Shown here: positions 19,184 to 30,016 of the stretch, in pieces
How the letters are laid out: each line of letters begins with the position of its first letter
Position numbering within the stretch: the stretch's first letter is position 1
From: a virus
Taxonomy: Duplodnaviria; Caudoviricetes
IMG/VR virus record: IMGVR_UViG_3300020042_009392
Coordinates: 1-53,631 of that record
DNA: 53,631 bases
Direction: 5' to 3' (one strand)
The notes under the pieces: generated by a model
Seen by the model: only the letters and a program-made list of their open reading frames with translations
Told to the model about the DNA's origin: nothing
Databases searched by the model: none
Program-made: the position numbers and the translations under genes

Positions 19184-19412
19184 TAGACGCAAAATGGAAT
19201 TAGAACAACTAAAACAAGAGAATGAAGGTCTTAAAGCACAAATAGTAGGGGTATCGTTTAACCTACAACAAGCAGACCAACAAGTAGTAGCATTGCAAAA
19301 AGAATTAGAAAGATATTCTAACCAAATAAAGAAGTTGGAAGCCGAAGTAAAACATCTTAATATGTTAGGACAAAATTCTAACTATAATAAAAACGATTCA
19401 AGAAACTACTAA
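19161..19412 (+). CDS. Coiled-coil protein
   Basis: Heptad-like L/Q/E/K pattern. Confidence 0.6.
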   Translation: MNLLKLFNRRKMELEQLKQENEGLKAQIVGVSFNLQQADQQVVALQKELERYSNQIKKLEAEVKHLNMLGQNSNYNKNDSRNY

Positions 19413-19786
19413 TGAATATATTCGACCATATTAAGAATATCACTACTAACAAGGGACCATACTTAGGTGATGAAGGATGGAATAACTGGATGATTAATCG
19501 TTATCTCAGTATGGACCCCGATTACTGTGAAGTAGTTAATATTGTTCAGAAGAATACTTGGCAAATGAAAGGTGAGTACCTATACAATCTGTATAAGGAT
19601 CTTATACCTAAACAATACAAGTATCTAAAATATATTAAGGCTAAAAACAAGAAAGAATATAAGGTCGATCAAATAGAGGCTGTAGCTGCTTATTATGAGG
19701 TTAGTAAAAAGGAAGCTAAGGAATATATTGATATGCTATCTAAAGATGAATTAAAAAATATAACACAACAAATTAATGGACAATAA
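19412..19786 (+). CDS. Clamp loader small subunit (gp62-like)
   Basis: WMINRYLSM, IPK..KYLKYIK, YYEVSKKEAKEY resemble T4-like gp62. Confidence 0.7.
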   Translation: MNIFDHIKNITTNKGPYLGDEGWNNWMINRYLSMDPDYCEVVNIVQKNTWQMKGEYLYNLYKDLIPKQYKYLKYIKAKNKKEYKVDQIEAVAAYYEVSKKEAKEYIDMLSKDELKNITQQINGQ

Positions 19787-19997
19787 ATTAGACTCAGTAG
19801 TTACATCTATTATAGAACAATTTACAAAACGTGCTCAATTTGGTAAGGCAAAATACGGTGTTGACCTTGATCGTACAGATTTAACATTACTAGAGTGGAT
19901 TGAACATGCTAAACAAGAGCATATGGACGCCATCCTATATTTAGAAAAAATAAAACAAATAGCCGAGCTTAATGAGTGCCAAGAAAAAGTTATCTGA
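19776..19997 (+). CDS. Small all-alpha phage protein, possibly NTP-pyrophosphatase-like
   Basis: GKAKYGVDLDR...WIEHAKQEHMDAILY. Confidence 0.5.
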   Translation: MDNKLDSVVTSIIEQFTKRAQFGKAKYGVDLDRTDLTLLEWIEHAKQEHMDAILYLEKIKQIAELNECQEKVI

Positions 19998-20916
19998 GAT
20001 AGAGCTCAAAATAAAAAACTACCAGAAGCCTGAGATTAACCATGCATTTCAAAGAAGCGTGTCTTATTCTCAGTTTTCTATGTGGGCATCATGTCCTCAT
20101 AAATGGTACCTTACTTATGTAGAGAACAAACAACCATACCAAGCTAGTATTCATACTGTATTCGGAACAGCATTTCACGAAACAATACAAGATTACATCA
20201 CAGTAATGTATAATGAGAGTGGAGCAGCAGCTGATAGAATGGATTTAATAGCCCTATTCCAGACTAAATTCTCAGAAGTATATGCTAAAGAATATAAAGC
20301 AGCAGGTGCACATTTTACTAATGCTGAGGAAATGGGTGAGTTCTTCGAGGACGCAGTAGCAATACTAAATTTCATTAAGAAAAACCGTAATAAACTATTT
20401 ACTATACGTAAAATGCGCTTACTAGGTATAGAGATACCTCTATTACTAAATGTAGCTAACAACGTATTTTTAAAAGGATTCATTGACTTCGTATTATACG
20501 ATGAAGATCTAGATAAAATTTACATATATGATATCAAAACATCAACACGAGGATGGGGCGATAGAGAAAAGAAAGACGATAGTAAACTTGCTCAAATCTT
20601 ACTATACAAGGAGTACTTTTCAAAACAATTTGGGACGGATGTTGAAAAAATCGAAGTTGAATACTTCATCGTTAAACGAAAAATCTGGGAACAATCTGAG
20701 TACCCTACCCCCAGAACTCAATCATTCAAACCCTCCAGTGGGAAAAATAAGCGTAAACAAGCCGTAGAAAACTTTCAATCATTTATTAAAGATTGCTTTG
20801 ATGAAGGTGGAAAACCTCAATTAAAGTCGTACCTTAAAAATGTAGGTGAAAGCTCATGCAAATGGTGCCCTTATAAAGACTCACCAGAACTTTGCGATAA
20901 AATTGCATCTTCCTAA
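19972..20916 (+). CDS. PD-(D/E)XK nuclease (RecB/Cas4-like exonuclease)
   Basis: SYSQ...CP, GTAFHE, GFID, DIKT, QILLY, CKWCPY. Confidence 0.85.
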   Translation: MSAKKKLSEIELKIKNYQKPEINHAFQRSVSYSQFSMWASCPHKWYLTYVENKQPYQASIHTVFGTAFHETIQDYITVMYNESGAAADRMDLIALFQTKFSEVYAKEYKAAGAHFTNAEEMGEFFEDAVAILNFIKKNRNKLFTIRKMRLLGIEIPLLLNVANNVFLKGFIDFVLYDEDLDKIYIYDIKTSTRGWGDREKKDDSKLAQILLYKEYFSKQFGTDVEKIEVEYFIVKRKIWEQSEYPTPRTQSFKPSSGKNKRKQAVENFQSFIKDCFDEGGKPQLKSYLKNVGESSCKWCPYKDSPELCDKIASS

Positions 20917-20949
20917 TAATCGTATATATTTATATCAAAATATAATATT

Positions 20950-21147
20950 ATGGGAAGCAAAATGCAATTAACAAGCGTGAAAGTTCCTGAAGATTTATTT
21001 GAGCAGTTTAAAATTGCATGCGTAAAGTACAAATTCAGCGTACAAAAATTAACAGAGCGCTGTATGTTCTTATACCTAACAAATGAAGAATTCAGAAAAT
21101 CAGTTCACAATCAATTAGACACACAATTACCTCAAGAAACAGAGTAA
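20950..21147 (+). CDS. Ribbon-helix-helix-like small regulator
   Basis: LTSVKVPEDLFEQFK strand-helix pattern; heads the glycosylation operon. Confidence 0.55.
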   Translation: MGSKMQLTSVKVPEDLFEQFKIACVKYKFSVQKLTERCMFLYLTNEEFRKSVHNQLDTQLPQETE

Positions 21148-21162
21148 AATTAAAACAACGTT

Positions 21163-22623
21163 ATGAAAGAAGGTTATATTCCGCAGGCTCAACGTAAAAA
21201 AATCTTATTACTATGTGACGATATTCGAATGACAAGTGGTATTTCCACTATGGCACGCGAAATCGTCATTGGTACTGCTCACCACTACAACTGGGTGAAC
21301 ATTGGAGGTGCAATTACACATCCAGATAAAGGTAAAAGATTCGACTTAAACGAAGACACAAATAAAAATGCTGGTATTACAGATGCTAGTGTTTATCTTT
21401 ACCCTACTGATGGATATGGTTCTCCAGAATTGATTAGACAAATGATGCAAATCGAAAAACCAGATGCTATTATGATCTTTACAGATCCTAGATATTGGAT
21501 TTGGTTATTTCAAATGGAGCAAGAGATTAGGAAACAAATTCCACTAATATATCTTAATATTTGGGATGACTTACCTTATCCAATGTATAACAAATCATAT
21601 TATGAATCATGTGATACATTACTTGCGATTAGCCAACAAACAGAAAACCTAAATCGTGCTGTATTAGGACCCGAATTATCAGCTGAGAAAGTAATTAAAT
21701 ACGTTCCTCACGGTATTAATGAGAAGTTCTTCTTCCCTATTAATGAATCACATCCTGAATACTTAGCATTACAAGAATTTAAAAAACAATTATATGGGGA
21801 CAAAACTTACGATTTTAACTTACTATATAATGCGCGTAACATCCGTCGTAAATCTGTACCTGATCTAATGTTAGCTTGGAAAATATTCATTGACCAACTA
21901 CCAGAAGATAAAGCTAAAAAGTGTGTACTTACAATGCATACACATATAGTAGATGATAATGGAACTGATTTGAATGCTGTTAAAGATATGTTATTTGGAA
22001 ATGATCCAAAATACAACATCGTATATTCAACAGGTAAGTATCCATCTAATGTAATGAATTTACTTTATAACTCAGCAGATGGTGTAACATTAGTAAGCTC
22101 AAACGAAGGGTGGGGATTATCATTAACAGAAGGAATGATGTGTGGTAAACCAATCATCGCTACAGTAACAGGTGGAATGCAAGACCAAATGCGCTTTGAA
22201 AACGAAAATGGTGAGTGGATTAAATTTACTGAAGAATTCGGATCAAACCATAGAGGCAAATATAGAAAACATGGTAAGTGGGCTTACCCAGTATTCCCAT
22301 CTAATTTATCATTAGTTGGATCAGTACCTACACCTTATATCTTTGATGATAGAGCTGAGCCATTTGATATTGCTACCTCTATTACAGAACTTTATGCTAC
22401 TAAAATGTATGGCCCTGAAGAATATGAGGAACAATGTAAAGCAGCTCATGAGTGGGTTACTTCAGACGAATCAATGATGTCAGCTAGATTAATGTCTAAA
22501 AACGTTATTGATGGTATTGATGAAACATTCGCTAAATGGGAACCTAGATATGCATTTGAGCTAATTAAGGTAGAACCACTTAAACAACCTAAACACTTTG
22601 TAAAACACGTTATCGCAAAATAA
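21163..22623 (+). CDS. GT-B glycosyltransferase (GT4-like)
   Basis: VPHGI, RNIRRK, SSNEGWGLSLTEGMMCGKPII. Confidence 0.88.
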   Translation: MKEGYIPQAQRKKILLLCDDIRMTSGISTMAREIVIGTAHHYNWVNIGGAITHPDKGKRFDLNEDTNKNAGITDASVYLYPTDGYGSPELIRQMMQIEKPDAIMIFTDPRYWIWLFQMEQEIRKQIPLIYLNIWDDLPYPMYNKSYYESCDTLLAISQQTENLNRAVLGPELSAEKVIKYVPHGINEKFFFPINESHPEYLALQEFKKQLYGDKTYDFNLLYNARNIRRKSVPDLMLAWKIFIDQLPEDKAKKCVLTMHTHIVDDNGTDLNAVKDMLFGNDPKYNIVYSTGKYPSNVMNLLYNSADGVTLVSSNEGWGLSLTEGMMCGKPIIATVTGGMQDQMRFENENGEWIKFTEEFGSNHRGKYRKHGKWAYPVFPSNLSLVGSVPTPYIFDDRAEPFDIATSITELYATKMYGPEEYEEQCKAAHEWVTSDESMMSARLMSKNVIDGIDETFAKWEPRYAFELIKVEPLKQPKHFVKHVIAK

Positions 22624-22624
22624 T

Positions 22625-23920
22625 ATGAAACCACTATTCGCTATAAGTTGCCCTATTGATACCTTCTCTGGCTATGGAGCTAGAAGTAGAGACATCGTCT
22701 TATCCCTTATCAAATCAGGTAAATATGATGTTAAAGTATTATCTCAAAGATGGGGTAATACACCATTCGGATTCCTACAAGAAAATAATTCAGATCATAA
22801 ATTGATGCTAGACTGCATCCAACAAACCCCTCAATTACCTCGTCAGCCAGATATTTGGGCTCAGATTACAGTACCAAACGAATTTCAACCAATGGGAAAA
22901 TTTAATATCGGTATTACAGCTGGTATTGAAACTACACTATGTGCTGCTCCTTGGATTGAAGGAATGAATAGAATGAATTTAAACCTAGTATCTTCAGAAC
23001 ATGCTAAAAAAGTATTCCAAGATTCTAGATTTGAAAAGCGTAATTCACAAACACAACAGGTTGAGTCACTAGTTGAATTAAAGGCTCCTATCGAAGTATT
23101 ATTTGAAGGTGCGGATTTAAGTAAATACAAAACTATTGATTTAGATCCTAATAGCCAAATACTAGAAATATTAAACGAAGTACCTGAAACGTTCTGCTAC
23201 TTATTCGTAGGACATTGGATTAAAGGTGATTTCGGTGAAGACAGAAAAGACATTTCTGGATTGATTAAAACATTCCTTGAAACGTTTAGAAACCAAAAAG
23301 CAAGACCTGCTCTAGTAATTAAAACATCTAGTGCGACTTCATCTATAATGGATAGAGAAGACATCTTAGAAAAAATTAGAATCATCGAAGCAACAGTAGA
23401 AGGTGACTTACCTAGTATCTACCTACTACACGGCGATTTAACTGATGGAGAGGTAAATGACCTATATAACCACCCTAAAGTAAAAGCATTCGTGTCATTT
23501 ACTAAAGGTGAAGGATATGGTCGCCCATTATTAGAAGCATCACTAACATCTAAACCAGTATTAGCTAGTAACTGGAGTGGTCATATTGATTTCCTTAGCG
23601 CTGATATGTCAGTACTATTACCAGGACAATTAAGACAAATCCACCCATCAGCAGTAGTACAAGATATGCTAATACCTGAATCTAGCTGGTTCACTGTAGA
23701 TTATAAAGCAGCAGCTGATAAATTAAAAGACGTTTATAAAAACTATAAAAAATATACTGACGGAGCAAAGAGACAAGCGTATCGTTCACGTACTGAATTT
23801 AGTTTAGATAAAATGTCTGAGAAATTACTAGATATATTAGATACTAAAGTACCTGTAAAAGTAGAATTTAAACTACCACAACTAAAGAAAATTGAATTAC
23901 CAAAACTTAAAAAAATATAG
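22625..23920 (+). CDS. GT-B glycosyltransferase (GT4-like)
   Basis: SGYG, DRKD, GEGYGRPLLEA...WSGHIDF. Confidence 0.85.
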   Translation: MKPLFAISCPIDTFSGYGARSRDIVLSLIKSGKYDVKVLSQRWGNTPFGFLQENNSDHKLMLDCIQQTPQLPRQPDIWAQITVPNEFQPMGKFNIGITAGIETTLCAAPWIEGMNRMNLNLVSSEHAKKVFQDSRFEKRNSQTQQVESLVELKAPIEVLFEGADLSKYKTIDLDPNSQILEILNEVPETFCYLFVGHWIKGDFGEDRKDISGLIKTFLETFRNQKARPALVIKTSSATSSIMDREDILEKIRIIEATVEGDLPSIYLLHGDLTDGEVNDLYNHPKVKAFVSFTKGEGYGRPLLEASLTSKPVLASNWSGHIDFLSADMSVLLPGQLRQIHPSAVVQDMLIPESSWFTVDYKAAADKLKDVYKNYKKYTDGAKRQAYRSRTEFSLDKMSEKLLDILDTKVPVKVEFKLPQLKKIELPKLKKI

Positions 23921-23922
23921 TA

Positions 23923-24318
23923 ATGAAAGAACTACTTACAATATGTCCTAAATGTGGTGGTGATGCCTGTCACGAAGCATCAAACGAAAAACTTACTGTT
24001 TGGAGTTGCTTTGGATGTGGATTTACATCTAATTCTACCTTAACAGAAGATAAATTAGAAGAAGTAGAATCAGTAGTACCTCAACTATACAAAGATTTAA
24101 AATTCAAAGATGCAAATGGTTACTATTGGTATCCTAACACAGTAATCTTAGAAGACAAATCAATGGTATTTGCTGATGGTAAAACAACTGAAGATTGGAA
24201 ATGGGCAGCTGTACAAGCTAAAGACAGTAAAGCAGATATGACCACAAAACAAGAATACGAACAACACGACTTTATGGAAGCTTTAGACTATATTGGCTTC
24301 TTCGAAAAACAAAAATAA
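23923..24318 (+). CDS. Zn-finger-containing hypothetical protein
   Basis: CPKCGG...CFGCGF. Confidence 0.65.
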   Translation: MKELLTICPKCGGDACHEASNEKLTVWSCFGCGFTSNSTLTEDKLEEVESVVPQLYKDLKFKDANGYYWYPNTVILEDKSMVFADGKTTEDWKWAAVQAKDSKADMTTKQEYEQHDFMEALDYIGFFEKQK

Positions 24319-24322
24319 TGTT

Positions 24323-24967
24323 ATGCCTTCAATCAGTTATGCAATCACAGCATGTAATGAGCATGTTGAATTAGATAGACTATTAAGTCAATTATTACCC
24401 TCTATTAGAGATGAAGATGAAATCATAGTACAGATGGATGCATCACCACATGATAAATACCATCTCCCTGAAGATAAAAAAAAGGTTCTAGGATATATTA
24501 TGAACCTACAGGAGCAAGGACGTATTCGTGTTGTTCTTTGCCCATTAAATAATGACTTCGCTACATTTAAAAATAATCTTAAAAGTCTATGCACTAAAGA
24601 CTATATCTTTCAAATTGATGCTGATGAATACCTATCAGAAGAATTACTAACATATCTTCCAGCTATATTAGAAGATAACAGTAACGTTGAAATGTTCTCA
24701 ATACCACGTATCAATACAGTTGAAGGATTAACTGAACAACATATTAAACAATGGGGGTGGAGAGTAGATGATAAAGGATGGGTAAATTATCCTGATTATC
24801 AAAATCGTATACTTAAAAATAACCCTGAGATACAGTGGAAAAATAAAGTACACGAAGTATTAATCGGTGCTAGAACTATAACATCACTCCCTCCAGGATT
24901 CGATTTAATACATCCAAAAGATATTAAAAGACAAGAAAAACAAAATGCATTTTATGACCAAATTTAA
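24323..24967 (+). CDS. GT-A glycosyltransferase (GT2-like)
   Basis: ISYAITACNE, IFQIDADE, YPDYQNR, VHE; start moved to ATG 24323. Confidence 0.85.
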   Translation: MPSISYAITACNEHVELDRLLSQLLPSIRDEDEIIVQMDASPHDKYHLPEDKKKVLGYIMNLQEQGRIRVVLCPLNNDFATFKNNLKSLCTKDYIFQIDADEYLSEELLTYLPAILEDNSNVEMFSIPRINTVEGLTEQHIKQWGWRVDDKGWVNYPDYQNRILKNNPEIQWKNKVHEVLIGARTITSLPPGFDLIHPKDIKRQEKQNAFYDQI

Positions 24968-25784
24968 AGTAGGCATTATCGGATTTGGATTTGTAGGTGA
25001 ATCTCAAGCATTTGCCTTTGCACCCGTTGCTGATGTTAAAATATTTGATGTTGACAGAACAAAATCAACACACACAATAGAGGAAGTACTATCTCAGGAC
25101 TTTATATTCGTATGTATTCCAACACCAATGAAAGAAAACGGTGAGCAGGATTTATCTTACATAGAAAACTTCTTTGGAGGTATCGGATTATATAATACAG
25201 AAGCTATATTCATTTTAAAATCTACAGTATTACCAGGTACTACAAAGCAATTAGAAGAAAAATTTAATTTTAATATTGTATTCTGTCCTGAATTTCTAAC
25301 TGAAAAAACAGCTAAACTAGATATGCTAACACAATCTAGAATAGTGATTGGTGGTTCAAATCCTTTAAAAGTACATAAAGTAAAAGAATTATTTGAAGCT
25401 AGATTTGGAAATAAACACTATGTAGTTACAGACTCAACCTCAGCTGAACTTATTAAATACATGGCAAATAACTTCCTAACAGTTAAAATTGCTTTCATGA
25501 ATGAATATTATAATTTAGTTGAAAAAATAGGAGGTGATTGGAATCAGATTGTAGAAGGATTCGCAGCTGATCCTCGTATCGGTAATTCACACACACAAGT
25601 TCCAGGTCATGATGGTAAGAGAGGCTTTGGAGGAACATGCTTCCCTAAAGACATTAATGCTGTAATTGAATTTAGTAAACAAAACGATGTAGAAATGCCT
25701 ACATTAGAGGCAGCTTGGGAAACTAACTTGAAAGTTAGACCAGAACAAGACTGGAAACAATTAAAAGGCAGAGCCGTTAGTTAA
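24954..25784 (+). CDS. UDP-glucose/GDP-mannose dehydrogenase family, short form
   Basis: GFGFVG, PTP, KSTVLPG, PEFL, AELIKY..N, GFGGTCFPKD. Confidence 0.88.
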   Translation: MTKFKVGIIGFGFVGESQAFAFAPVADVKIFDVDRTKSTHTIEEVLSQDFIFVCIPTPMKENGEQDLSYIENFFGGIGLYNTEAIFILKSTVLPGTTKQLEEKFNFNIVFCPEFLTEKTAKLDMLTQSRIVIGGSNPLKVHKVKELFEARFGNKHYVVTDSTSAELIKYMANNFLTVKIAFMNEYYNLVEKIGGDWNQIVEGFAADPRIGNSHTQVPGHDGKRGFGGTCFPKDINAVIEFSKQNDVEMPTLEAAWETNLKVRPEQDWKQLKGRAVS

Positions 25785-25785
25785 T

Positions 25786-26406
25786 ATGAACTTAAGAGCA
25801 ATAACAAATTACTTCTACCCTTATCGTATTTTAGATATTGGAGCTAATGTAGGTCAATTTCATAAAGAATGTAAAGCAACATTTAATGACAGCTATATAT
25901 TCTCAATTGAAGCCTCAGCCGAATGTGAATCATCACTACAACAAATAACTGAAAATTATTATATTGGATTATTAGCTAAGGACAATACTGATTATACATT
26001 CTATAAAAGAAAAAATGATCCAACATCCACAGGTAATTCAATATATAAAGAATTAACCCATTTCTTCTCAGATGACCAATTAGACATAATTAAAACAACT
26101 GGTATTAAATTAGATGACTTGTTTGAAAGCGATTCAGAATTCGACTTAATTAAAATCGATACTCAAGGATCAGAGTTGGATATCATAGAAGGAGGTCTTA
26201 ACTTATGTAATAAGGCTAAAGGTATATTGTTAGAAGTGTCATTAACTCAATATAACGAAAACGCTCCATTATATGATGAAGTAATTGATTATATGACTAG
26301 TCACGGTTTTATAAAAACAGAAATATTAGATGAAGCCCGTAACCACGGCTCATACCAACAAGATATATTATTTATAAATGAAAAACTTATTAATAGGGGC
26401 AATTAG
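25786..26406 (+). CDS. FkbM-family methyltransferase
   Basis: LDIGANVG, IKIDTQGSELDIIEG. Confidence 0.88.
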   Translation: MNLRAITNYFYPYRILDIGANVGQFHKECKATFNDSYIFSIEASAECESSLQQITENYYIGLLAKDNTDYTFYKRKNDPTSTGNSIYKELTHFFSDDQLDIIKTTGIKLDDLFESDSEFDLIKIDTQGSELDIIEGGLNLCNKAKGILLEVSLTQYNENAPLYDEVIDYMTSHGFIKTEILDEARNHGSYQQDILFINEKLINRGN

Positions 26407-27166
26407 TGGTAACTACAAAATTAGTGATGTTAAGGTTTGGGTAGAGTCTTCCAAATTTGAAGGCATTGAACGAGTCTTATTATTATATAATGATGTTAAT
26501 GAAGAAACAGTTAGCTACTTAAAAAGCCAAGATGTCGAACTAATAAAACCAGACTATGGATTTTGGGGAGAACCTAGAACCGAGTTTGAAACTAATACTG
26601 GAAACGTTACATTAGAAAATTCATATGATTTAGTTCATAATATTAGATTCTTCCATATTTGGAATTATTTACTTGATATGGATTACGAAAAAGTATTCAT
26701 TACTGATGTTAAAGACGTTTACTTCAATTCAAACCCATTCAATGGTTTAGAAGATAGAAAACTAACAGCTACAAGCGAAATAATAACATACAGACAACAC
26801 CAGTGGAACAACCAACATTTGATTTCAACTTTAGGAGCTATAGGATACGATATTGTAAATGAACAAGTACTTAATGTTGGAGCGTTTGGTGGTGATATGG
26901 ATTTAGTAAAGAAAATATGTGCTGACATTTATTTAATGGCTGTAGGTAAACCTAAAGTAGCTGATCAAACATCATTCAATTATTTAGTTTATACAAAGTA
27001 TAAAGACGTAACTAATGTTACTACTGATGTAGCAGCTCACTTACACGTTGTTAATGAAGGATTAGTAGATATAGATTTAAAAGCATTATCAAATTATAAA
27101 ATAGTACATCAATATGACCGAATCGACTGGCTTAAAAGACAAGTATTCGATAATTATTCCTTATAG
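26378..27166 (+). CDS. Putative GT-A glycosyltransferase
   Basis: TDVKDVYF, NVG..GG, DQ..FN, VHQYDR. Confidence 0.65.
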   Translation: MKNLLIGAISGNYKISDVKVWVESSKFEGIERVLLLYNDVNEETVSYLKSQDVELIKPDYGFWGEPRTEFETNTGNVTLENSYDLVHNIRFFHIWNYLLDMDYEKVFITDVKDVYFNSNPFNGLEDRKLTATSEIITYRQHQWNNQHLISTLGAIGYDIVNEQVLNVGAFGGDMDLVKKICADIYLMAVGKPKVADQTSFNYLVYTKYKDVTNVTTDVAAHLHVVNEGLVDIDLKALSNYKIVHQYDRIDWLKRQVFDNYSL

Positions 27167-27872
27167 AAATAGAGAAGCACATCTGGAATTATTACTTCCA
27201 CGCTTGCAAGAGGTATTTAAAGATAAAGAATATGAAATTATAGTATCAGAACAAAACGATAACGATAGTTTTAATTTATCTAATACCCAAAATATAGGAG
27301 CTCAATACGCTACAGGTAATATCATCGTATTACACCAGGTAGACTACTACCCTACAGAAGATGTAAGCTATGATATTCAAGATCAACCTGTATTACCTGC
27401 TCGAAGAGGAATATTCGTTAGTAATGACCTTACTAAAAGAGACTACAATGATATTCCTACAGGCTATCGTAAGTGGGAAGATGAAATCGATTCTGAATTC
27501 TATGGTGGCGTAGTGATAATGAGAAAAGAACATTGGGATTGCATTGGTGGATTAAATCCACTATATAAAGGTTGGGGTAATGAAGATGAAGATTTAAGAG
27601 AGCGCTTAAGATTATATGGTTATATCCCTCATAGAAATGAAGTAGGAACATTCTTATGTCTGCACCATGAAGACAATGGTAACATAGCAGCTAAACCTAA
27701 AGAGGAACAAGAAGATTTTATTTTAGGTAGACAAATGTTAGCTAACTTTAAAACATACAAACATTTAGGATATAAAAGTGTAACTGCAGATATTGAAGAA
27801 TTTGAAACTGATATTCCTAACGTAAGATGGATTAAAAATACAAACTACAAAATACATGAAAATATTAATTAA
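27114..27872 (+). CDS. GT7-like (beta-1,4-galactosyltransferase-type) glycosyltransferase
   Basis: IIIPYRNR..HL, EQ...FN, YGGV, GWGNEDEDL. Confidence 0.8.
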   Translation: MTESTGLKDKYSIIIPYRNREAHLELLLPRLQEVFKDKEYEIIVSEQNDNDSFNLSNTQNIGAQYATGNIIVLHQVDYYPTEDVSYDIQDQPVLPARRGIFVSNDLTKRDYNDIPTGYRKWEDEIDSEFYGGVVIMRKEHWDCIGGLNPLYKGWGNEDEDLRERLRLYGYIPHRNEVGTFLCLHHEDNGNIAAKPKEEQEDFILGRQMLANFKTYKHLGYKSVTADIEEFETDIPNVRWIKNTNYKIHENIN

Positions 27873-28707
27873 AGCAATAGGGTTTATAGGTGATAATCTA
27901 TTTGCAACCTCAGTAGCAAAAAAATTAAAATACAAATATGATGGTCTTTGTGAAGTCGATTTACTATTATCAGTAATTCAGCCATTTGAATTAATATCAA
28001 ATGATCCTCACATTGATAATGTTTATTTAGAGATGCCTGACAAACAATATGATGAGATATTTCAATTGTATCCTCTTAACAGACAATCAACACCATGCGA
28101 GCAATTTCAGATTCAATGTGGTGTAGAGAATCCATCTCCTGAATTTGAAATATATACAAACCCTACTATAGACAAATACATAGAACATTGCTTTAAAAAT
28201 AAAGGAAATAGAAAATTAGTTGCTTGGTTATCTAATTGGGAAGAACGTTCATTCTTATTTACTGAAGAGGAATATAAACGTGGGATTGATGTTCCTAATT
28301 TAGGATATGGTGGTAAGCATAGAGATATTTCATATATTATAAATGAATTAGAGAAAAATAATGATATAATTTTAATTGAAGTAGGTAAACCAAATGGTAC
28401 TAATCAATTAAATACAGATATATCTACTGTATCTGAATACAGTTTAACAGCATCTATACTTAAAAATTGTGACTATTTCATAGGTGCTGAAGGTGGATTA
28501 GCTAATTTAGCATCTGGTGTTGGTACTAAAACAATATTGACAGGTGATTTCGTTTGGCAACTATATGGACCGAATGGAGTAATTGAAAAATGTCAAGATC
28601 CAAAATTAGGTCCAACCCATTATTTTGAAGGACATATTAACTTAGACCCATATTTAACAGACGAACAATTAATTAAACAAATAAATAAAATAACATGCCA
28701 GAACTAA
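27856..28707 (+). CDS. GT9-like glycosyltransferase
   Basis: IGDNLFAT, NDPHIDNV, DYFIGAEGGLANLA. Confidence 0.7.
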   Translation: MKILIKAIGFIGDNLFATSVAKKLKYKYDGLCEVDLLLSVIQPFELISNDPHIDNVYLEMPDKQYDEIFQLYPLNRQSTPCEQFQIQCGVENPSPEFEIYTNPTIDKYIEHCFKNKGNRKLVAWLSNWEERSFLFTEEEYKRGIDVPNLGYGGKHRDISYIINELEKNNDIILIEVGKPNGTNQLNTDISTVSEYSLTASILKNCDYFIGAEGGLANLASGVGTKTILTGDFVWQLYGPNGVIEKCQDPKLGPTHYFEGHINLDPYLTDEQLIKQINKITCQN

Positions 28708-29336
28708 AAAAGTTTGGAGTTGCAAGTAAAGATTACCCAAATGCAGAATTAGCAAAAGGAGATACTTACACTCGTTTAGATGGAAGTTTCCCATCAACAA
28801 ATTTAGCTTGTGAAGAAAATCCATATAAAGATGAATTAAAAACAGCTAAATATATTTTAGATTTTGGTTGCGGTGTAGGAAGAAATATTCCTTGGATAAT
28901 GGAAAACACAACAGCAACTTATGTTGGTTTAGATCCAAACACAACAATGACTGATCACATTTGGGATATTAATGATACAAAATATAAGGATAGAACTATT
29001 ATATGTAATAGCTTTGATGAAATACCAAGTGATATAGTATTTGATTATGTCGTATCTACATTTGTATTACAACATTTAGGATATCGATATAATGATCCTT
29101 CAATGAATATTACAGATATAACTCAAGCAATTCTTAAAAAAACAAAACCAGGAACCATATTCTTTCATATTGAACATGATTCTGAAGAAGAATGGATTGG
29201 TCGATGGAAAGAAGAAAGTAATATTGAATTAGATGTTTATATTAGAACTTATAAAGGACTACCTGAATTAGCTGATAGAGATCATACAGCACCTAATGGC
29301 GGTCATCATTTAATGATTTGGAAAAATAAACAATAA
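28695..29336 (+). CDS. Class I SAM-dependent methyltransferase
   Basis: ILDFGCGVGR, FDYVVSTFVLQH, KPG. Confidence 0.85.
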   Translation: MPELKKFGVASKDYPNAELAKGDTYTRLDGSFPSTNLACEENPYKDELKTAKYILDFGCGVGRNIPWIMENTTATYVGLDPNTTMTDHIWDINDTKYKDRTIICNSFDEIPSDIVFDYVVSTFVLQHLGYRYNDPSMNITDITQAILKKTKPGTIFFHIEHDSEEEWIGRWKEESNIELDVYIRTYKGLPELADRDHTAPNGGHHLMIWKNKQ

Positions 29337-30016
29337 TGCATTTAATTTATAGGATATCAGACACTGGCTATAATAAAGTAAAACCAGATTACATTAACAA
29401 TGAAAATTGCTTTAATAATGCACTATTCACATTTAATAAAGCTAATTGGTGGGTTATAGCAGATAATGTAGGAGATACAACTAAAGAATTCTTAAATAGT
29501 AAATTAAAAACAGTAGAATATGTTAGTGTAGGCCACGGAGCTGGAACATTTAATTTAGCTTTAGATATGGCTTTGAAATTATCTGACGATGAAATAGTAT
29601 ACTTTCTAGAAAATGACTATCTACACAAACCAGAATCAGATAAAATATTAGAAGAAGGATTTGAATTAGGATCTGATTATGTAGCATTATATGACCATCC
29701 AGATAAATACATGGATGATGGAAATCCGTTTGTAGAAGGTGGAGGTGAAATAACTAAAGTATTCCTATCTAATAGCTGTCATTGGAAATTAACTAACTCA
29801 ACCACAATGACATTTGCCGCTAAGGTAAAAACATTGAGGAGAGATGAAGCTATACTTAGAAAACACACTTTAGGTAAACACCCTAACGACTTTCAAATGT
29901 TCTTGGAACTACGAGATCAAGGTCGTACCTTAATAACACCACTACCAGGATACGCAACACACGGTGAAACTGCTTGGTTATCACCATTAACAAAATGGAA
30001 CGAACATATATTATGA
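29336..30016 (+). CDS. Putative GT-A glycosyltransferase
   Basis: YFLENDYLH, STTMTF, PGYATH. Confidence 0.65.
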   Translation: MHLIYRISDTGYNKVKPDYINNENCFNNALFTFNKANWWVIADNVGDTTKEFLNSKLKTVEYVSVGHGAGTFNLALDMALKLSDDEIVYFLENDYLHKPESDKILEEGFELGSDYVALYDHPDKYMDDGNPFVEGGGEITKVFLSNSCHWKLTNSTTMTFAAKVKTLRRDEAILRKHTLGKHPNDFQMFLELRDQGRTLITPLPGYATHGETAWLSPLTKWNEHIL

